From positions 32,001 through 96,000 of the IMG/VR virus record IMGVR_UViG_3300027741_000027: DNA of 64,000 nucleotides; one strand, 5' to 3'. The DNA is from a virus. Under the pieces are notes generated by a model. The model worked only from the letters and a program-made list of their open reading frames with translations, was not told where the DNA came from and ran no database searches. The position numbers and the translations under genes were made by a program. Positions 59,510-64,000 of this stretch are shown one piece after another (position 1 is the first letter of the stretch; each line of letters opens with the position of its first letter).

Positions 59510-62500
59510 TGTGGGATTTCTCTTTTCAAAAAGAATCTACGGATAATCATGATTGGACACCGGGGCGACTCGGTGCCGGATATATCCACGCTAGAACGAA
59601 TACCCCAGATTCGTTCAACCTGCTTGACTATAGCATACGCACATGGTCAGTAGGCCCAGACTATACAGATGACATTGACCGCGAGTACCAGCGTATTCGC
59701 GCTACTGATCTTGTCGTATTTAAGTTTTATATTACACCTACAGGTGGTATCCATGATCGTGGCGAAGGTTTTAAGAATAGAACCGGCAAGTCAGATCGTT
59801 CTGTAATTGCCTTTCTTCATCGTAAAGATAATCGTTTTTATGATGGACGCAATGATATTAAGACAAGCGCAACAGAAGATAGCGCACTGCACTTTAATCA
59901 TTATACAGGTGAGCCTTGCTACTGCGGATTTGGTCAGACGCATGGCTTAGAGAAGGAAGCCAATCTAAAGTATAAAGATATTAAACGAGGCGAGCTTCCA
60001 GAAAGCTATTATATGAATTTGGAAGGCGAAAATGGCAGGGTTTTTCGAGATTATGTTGTTGCTTTAGCCGAAGGCGGAGAGGTTGTAGGCGCTGGAGGTA
60101 ATACAGAAACAATAGAGGCGATTCCCGGAATCAAAAAAGTTATTCCGTGGATTGTCGGTCAAATGAAAAAAGGAACTCTTAATTTTGAATCGGGTCGTCG
60201 CAGCACCAGACCCGGTTTTGAGCGCGTTGTTTCTGAAAGAAACTTTGAATTTTGGTCGCCGGGACGCCTTGAAAATATTGCTGATTTATTTAATGCCGAA
60301 GGATCTCCTTATCAAAACAAACTTGTAGAGTGTCCAGAGTGCAAGGGAAAAGGAGAAAAGTGGAATACGGAGGTTGAAGCTCATGTAATGTGCGATAGAT
60401 GCATGGCACACAAAACTGCGCCAAGTAATCAAAAAGAAAACTTGATGGAGCTACCTCCAGACGAAATAGAAACAAGAGCTAAACGCCATCGAAATTGGGT
60501 TAGAGAGCGCGAAGCAGAAGCTATGCGCAAAGCCGATGTTAAAAATCAAGAGAGGGTTTACGAATTTACTGATCCAGACCATAAAGGCTGGTTTGTTACA
60601 AGACTTAATCCTGATGCTGGTGAGGCTAAACGAGTTGGCATTGAGCAAGGCAATTGTTTTCAACAGGAGGCGCAGGGCTATCAAAGGTCAGTTGCAGAGG
60701 GCGATTTAACTGTTTATGTATTAAGGGATCCTAAAGGGTTGGGTCATGCGCTATGGGCTTATGACCGCGATGGCAAAATCGCGGTTATGGAAGATTCTAG
60801 TAAACTTTATAACAAACGAGGCAAAGGTTGGGTAGGTTATGAAGTAAATAATCAATGGATTCGAAATATGATTAATGAAGCCAGTGATGCCTTAGGTATG
60901 CAAAAAAGATACCACAAAGATAATTATGATGTTCAACTGCCCGATGTTTTAACAGTAGATCAATTTTTAATTCAATTTTCAAACGATGATTCGGATGCAT
61001 ATAAACAATTAGTTGCAAAATCCGCAGATGAACAAGATATTGATGCGGATATGGTTTCGGAAGTTATAAAAGGTCGCGTTGATTGGAGGTCCATTGTCGG
61101 AGATTTGTTTAACGGGCCAACTACCGGAAACCTATCTGATGAACAAATCCCTTTTAATGATTTTATAAAAATTATGGATGGTGATGATCGTCTTATCTTT
61201 GCTTTGGATCAATTTGTTCAAGAAGCAGATAGAAGAATATCAGACCCAGAAGTAGAAGCCAATCAGCGCAATCAAGATCATGTAAATGATTATAAAGAGT
61301 GGAAAAAAATTCACACTCATCCATATACTGGCGAATATACACACCCAGAAACATGGGCAAATACCGCTTGGCACAAAAATGACTATGAAGAATTTCGTGA
61401 AAATTTCAGTGACAGTCCGTGGGCTTTTTCACTTCCTGATTGGGACACATTTATTTCTGAGTGGGGCGGCAAACTTCCAGCAAGTTTAAATCCTGCTTAT
61501 CGAAAAGGCAAACCTGTAATTGAAACCAGTGCTTGCAAAAAATGTGGTGGGTCTGGTCGTCTTATTACTCCAAATGGTTATGTCACTTGTGATAAATGTT
61601 GGGGTGATGGTGATGAACGAAATAAAGTTGTATTTCCTGATCCAGAATCAGATGCCGCCAAGTGTCAGTCCTGTGCAGGATCAGGCGTCGATCAAAGCAA
61701 AGTTCAACACCTTAAACAACAGGTTGAGCAATTAAAAGCAGATGGTGTTCATGACCGTCTTATTGTTGAATTTGAAAGAACTTTAGGAAGAAAAGATTTA
61801 CAAAATACTGATTTGCGTTGCGGGGCTTGTAATGGCACGGGCAAAAACAAGCCTGCCGCAAAGCTCATGGAAGAGGGTTCAGGGCAACTTAAATTTGGTA
61901 AAAAGAAACAAGACAATTACATTGTTCACTTTGATTCTATTACAGGCAAGCCATGCACCTGTGGATTTGGTGCATATAGGAATACCAATGAAGATGGCGA
62001 GCGATTCTTTAAAGAAGCATCAGGTTACAAGTTTAAAGAAATTACAAAGAGTCCGCCTTCATTTCTTCAAAATGAAGAGGGTCAAGCCCTCATTGAGTAT
62101 TTAACATCTCTTATTAAGGGTGTTGGCGAGAATCCTCAACCCATACTAGAGGGAGCTAAAACTCTTGTTCCGTGGATTGTTAAACAGTTCAAAGAAGGCA
62201 ATCTTACTTACAATCCAAACGAAGATCGATCATATTATACGGGCATTGAAAGAGTGTATCCGGGTGGAAATACACCAATTGATTTTGATGAGTTAGAGTT
62301 CATAGTTAATTATGTTAATGCAAGCGAAGGCCCATATAGACAAAATGTTGATTGGATGTCTTTTGATTTTATTGACCTAATACGTCAGGGGATGAGGCAT
62401 CATGAGTGGGTTAAAGAAAAAGAAAAAGACGCTAAGTTTTTAGCAAATCAAAACACCGTTTATACATTTGATGACTCTAACCTTGAATGGGTTGGTTGGA

Positions 62501-64000
62501 CTGTTGCTAAATTAGAAGACGAAAATGAAGTTGAGCAAGAAGGAATAAGGCAGGGCAATTGTATTAAAGACGAAGAAAGCGGTTATTTAGAAGCTTTTGA
62601 TAAAGGTTATCTTGATCTTTATGTATTGAGAGATACATTTGGAGGCAGTCATGCAATTTGGGGATATAACACAGACGATGGTTCTGTGGCATTTATGGAG
62701 GATTCTTCTAAAAGATATGCAGAAGAGAGAAGGCGAACTGACTTTCCTTACTACAAGGTAAATGTCCCATTTATTCGTGAAATGATTTCTACTGCTAATC
62801 AAGCACTTGGTTTAGATGATGACTACGATAATGGTAGTTATAATTATAATAGAGGTGAAACTGGTGAAGATTGTTACGATAGAAATAGGGAGCATTGGAG
62901 GCCAGAGCGGGAAGAAGAGGAAGAGGAGGAAGAGGAGGAAAAGGAAGCACTTGAAATTCAATTGTCAGATGTAACAAGTTTTGCAGAATACGAAGCTCAA
63001 TATGGCGAGGACAATAATTGTTGGGAGCTTGCAGCAAGGGAGGCACAAGATGAAGGTCTTATTATTGGCGATGATACACAGATTTATCCCGGCTCAATTC
63101 ATTGGGATGATATAGCCTATGAATACTTTAATACTCCAAGAGACTTTCAAACCAACTTAGATTTGTTGAACAAATGGGCCGCAGTTTTTCATAATCAATT
63201 TCAGATTGGAGATTTTTACGAAGAGTGTCAAAGGTATTTAGAAACAGCAGATCTTGATGAAGAAGACGATGCAGAAATACAGGCTTACCAAGAGTGGGTT
63301 AAATTACACACAAATCCGCTTACGGGTAAATTTCAAGATCCTAGAGGAATTTCGCCAAGTAATTTAGATAGATTAAGAAGGCAAGAAGAAGAAAACGTTT
63401 GGGGATTCTCTGTTCCAAGCGATGAAGATTTAGCATCATTTAACGGCATTCTTCCTGCGGGCTTAAATCCACAAAACAGAAGAGGCGAGCCATTACATAC
63501 AAAAATTCAATGCCTGTCTTGCGGTGGAGCTGGAGGAGATCCTAATACTGGCGCAACGTGTCGGGCCTGTAATGGAACGGGTATGATGCAGGCTAGAGCC
63601 ACAATGCCCGATTGGGAAACAAGATTGAAAAATCGGGGCGAGAACGGTGGAATTCCAAACCCCGCAGCAATGATTCATGAAGAGCCATCAGGTCAATTGT
63701 TTATGGCAAAGAAAAAGTGGGACATGACCCCTCTTAGTTTTACCGACCAATTGAAACTTCACTTATCAACGATTGAAGCTAAGGTTTCTCATGATCTTAG
63801 CTGGGTAGCTGGTGGTCGCGGTCGCGGCCTTATGCTCAATAGCGGTAAACTTATCACTTGGCCAGTGAACAAGAAAGGCGAGCCGCAGCATCCTGATATG
63901 TATGAATACCTTACAGGACACAAATTGCCTGAGACTCATTCCGTACATGATTTTACAGAAGGCATCCCATTTGATATTAATGAAGATGGATCGGTCAATT
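59509..64000 (+). CDS. Giant multidomain protein (>1497 codons, runs off window end) with two tandem PcfJ-like units and DnaJ-type zinc fingers
   Basis: Not in the ORF track. I translated it by hand from ATG 59509 (TAATG overlap) with no stop to 64000. It has two copies of QGNC...YVLRD..G..HA.W...MEDSSK and eight CxxC motifs, seven of them CxxCxGxG. Confidence 0.8.
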   Translation, partial: MWDFSFQKESTDNHDWTPGRLGAGYIHARTNTPDSFNLLDYSIRTWSVGPDYTDDIDREYQRIRATDLVVFKFYITPTGGIHDRGEGFKNRTGKSDRSVIAFLHRKDNRFYDGRNDIKTSATEDSALHFNHYTGEPCYCGFGQTHGLEKEANLKYKDIKRGELPESYYMNLEGENGRVFRDYVVALAEGGEVVGAGGNTETIEAIPGIKKVIPWIVGQMKKGTLNFESGRRSTRPGFERVVSERNFEFWSPGRLENIADLFNAEGSPYQNKLVECPECKGKGEKWNTEVEAHVMCDRCMAHKTAPSNQKENLMELPPDEIETRAKRHRNWVREREAEAMRKADVKNQERVYEFTDPDHKGWFVTRLNPDAGEAKRVGIEQGNCFQQEAQGYQRSVAEGDLTVYVLRDPKGLGHALWAYDRDGKIAVMEDSSKLYNKRGKGWVGYEVNNQWIRNMINEASDALGMQKRYHKDNYDVQLPDVLTVDQFLIQFSNDDSDAYKQLVAKSADEQDIDADMVSEVIKGRVDWRSIVGDLFNGPTTGNLSDEQIPFNDFIKIMDGDDRLIFALDQFVQEADRRISDPEVEANQRNQDHVNDYKEWKKIHTHPYTGEYTHPETWANTAWHKNDYEEFRENFSDSPWAFSLPDWDTFISEWGGKLPASLNPAYRKGKPVIETSACKKCGGSGRLITPNGYVTCDKCWGDGDERNKVVFPDPESDAAKCQSCAGSGVDQSKVQHLKQQVEQLKADGVHDRLIVEFERTLGRKDLQNTDLRCGACNGTGKNKPAAKLMEEGSGQLKFGKKKQDNYIVHFDSITGKPCTCGFGAYRNTNEDGERFFKEASGYKFKEITKSPPSFLQNEEGQALIEYLTSLIKGVGENPQPILEGAKTLVPWIVKQFKEGNLTYNPNEDRSYYTGIERVYPGGNTPIDFDELEFIVNYVNASEGPYRQNVDWMSFDFIDLIRQGMRHHEWVKEKEKDAKFLANQNTVYTFDDSNLEWVGWTVAKLEDENEVEQEGIRQGNCIKDEESGYLEAFDKGYLDLYVLRDTFGGSHAIWGYNTDDGSVAFMEDSSKRYAEERRRTDFPYYKVNVPFIREMISTANQALGLDDDYDNGSYNYNRGETGEDCYDRNREHWRPEREEEEEEEEEEKEALEIQLSDVTSFAEYEAQYGEDNNCWELAAREAQDEGLIIGDDTQIYPGSIHWDDIAYEYFNTPRDFQTNLDLLNKWAAVFHNQFQIGDFYEECQRYLETADLDEEDDAEIQAYQEWVKLHTNPLTGKFQDPRGISPSNLDRLRRQEEENVWGFSVPSDEDLASFNGILPAGLNPQNRRGEPLHTKIQCLSCGGAGGDPNTGATCRACNGTGMMQARATMPDWETRLKNRGENGGIPNPAAMIHEEPSGQLFMAKKKWDMTPLSFTDQLKLHLSTIEAKVSHDLSWVAGGRGRGLMLNSGKLITWPVNKKGEPQHPDMYEYLTGHKLPETHSVHDFTEGIPFDINEDGSVN

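Noticed and set aside
62900-62950. GAA/GAG repeat tract as a regulatory or contingency repeat
   Set aside because: It simply encodes an in-frame poly-Glu linker.
1080-63948. Dozens of 60-170-aa ORF-track entries overlapping long genes (for example 1157-1423, 6884-7534, 13524-13925, 15546-16055, 42335-42799, 58094-58624)
   Set aside because: They are antisense or off-frame shadows of well-supported genes, with no SD or promoter and no recognisable motifs.
1-64000. Alternative genetic code (stop-codon reassignment) as seen in some jumbo phages
   Set aside because: Very long ORFs are intact and tightly packed under the standard code, and TAA, TAG and TGA all end genes at sensible junctions.

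Overview
The window is a ~64-kb piece of a large, AT-rich tailed-phage genome, probably a contractile-tailed myovirus. Its head/neck/tail module resembles mycobacteriophage Bxz1-like (cluster C) phages in sequence and gene order; this is recognised from memory, not from a database search. The host is probably actinobacterial, based on leaderless TGnTAnnnT promoters, an MSMEG_6728-type glycosylase, a Thermoleophilia-like NlpC/P60 domain and ThyX. Layout: (i) 1-16 kb, minus strand: tail sheath (truncated, absent from the ORF track), tail terminator, neck, major capsid, capsid accessory, protease/scaffold and a large low-complexity head protein, with an antisense 3D+NlpC/P60 hydrolase inserted after the capsid gene. 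(ii) 16-29.5 kb: fibre/appendage proteins, including an 1842-aa protein whose GH5-like barrel is split by an SGNH domain. (iii) 29.6-44.5 kb: large acidic multidomain proteins (one with two GIY-YIG/T5orf172-like domains) interleaved with MazG-like, UV-glycosylase and thyX genes. (iv) 44.9-58.8 kb: an island of about 45 small minus-strand genes. It carries 17 promoter-like elements with an 11-bp-period TTTAC direct repeat phased to the -10 box, a ~310-nt promoter-and-terminator-bounded structured non-coding RNA candidate, and an iteron-like AT-rich origin candidate. (v) 59.5-64 kb: an open-ended >1497-codon gene (absent from the ORF track) with two tandem PcfJ-like/zinc-finger units. The most promising leads are the TTTAC-box regulon, the ncRNA candidate, and a possible K-x-A-cleaved polyprotein system of head-packaged cargo domains. 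No tRNA, rRNA, CRISPR array, integrase, reverse transcriptase or stop-codon recoding was seen.
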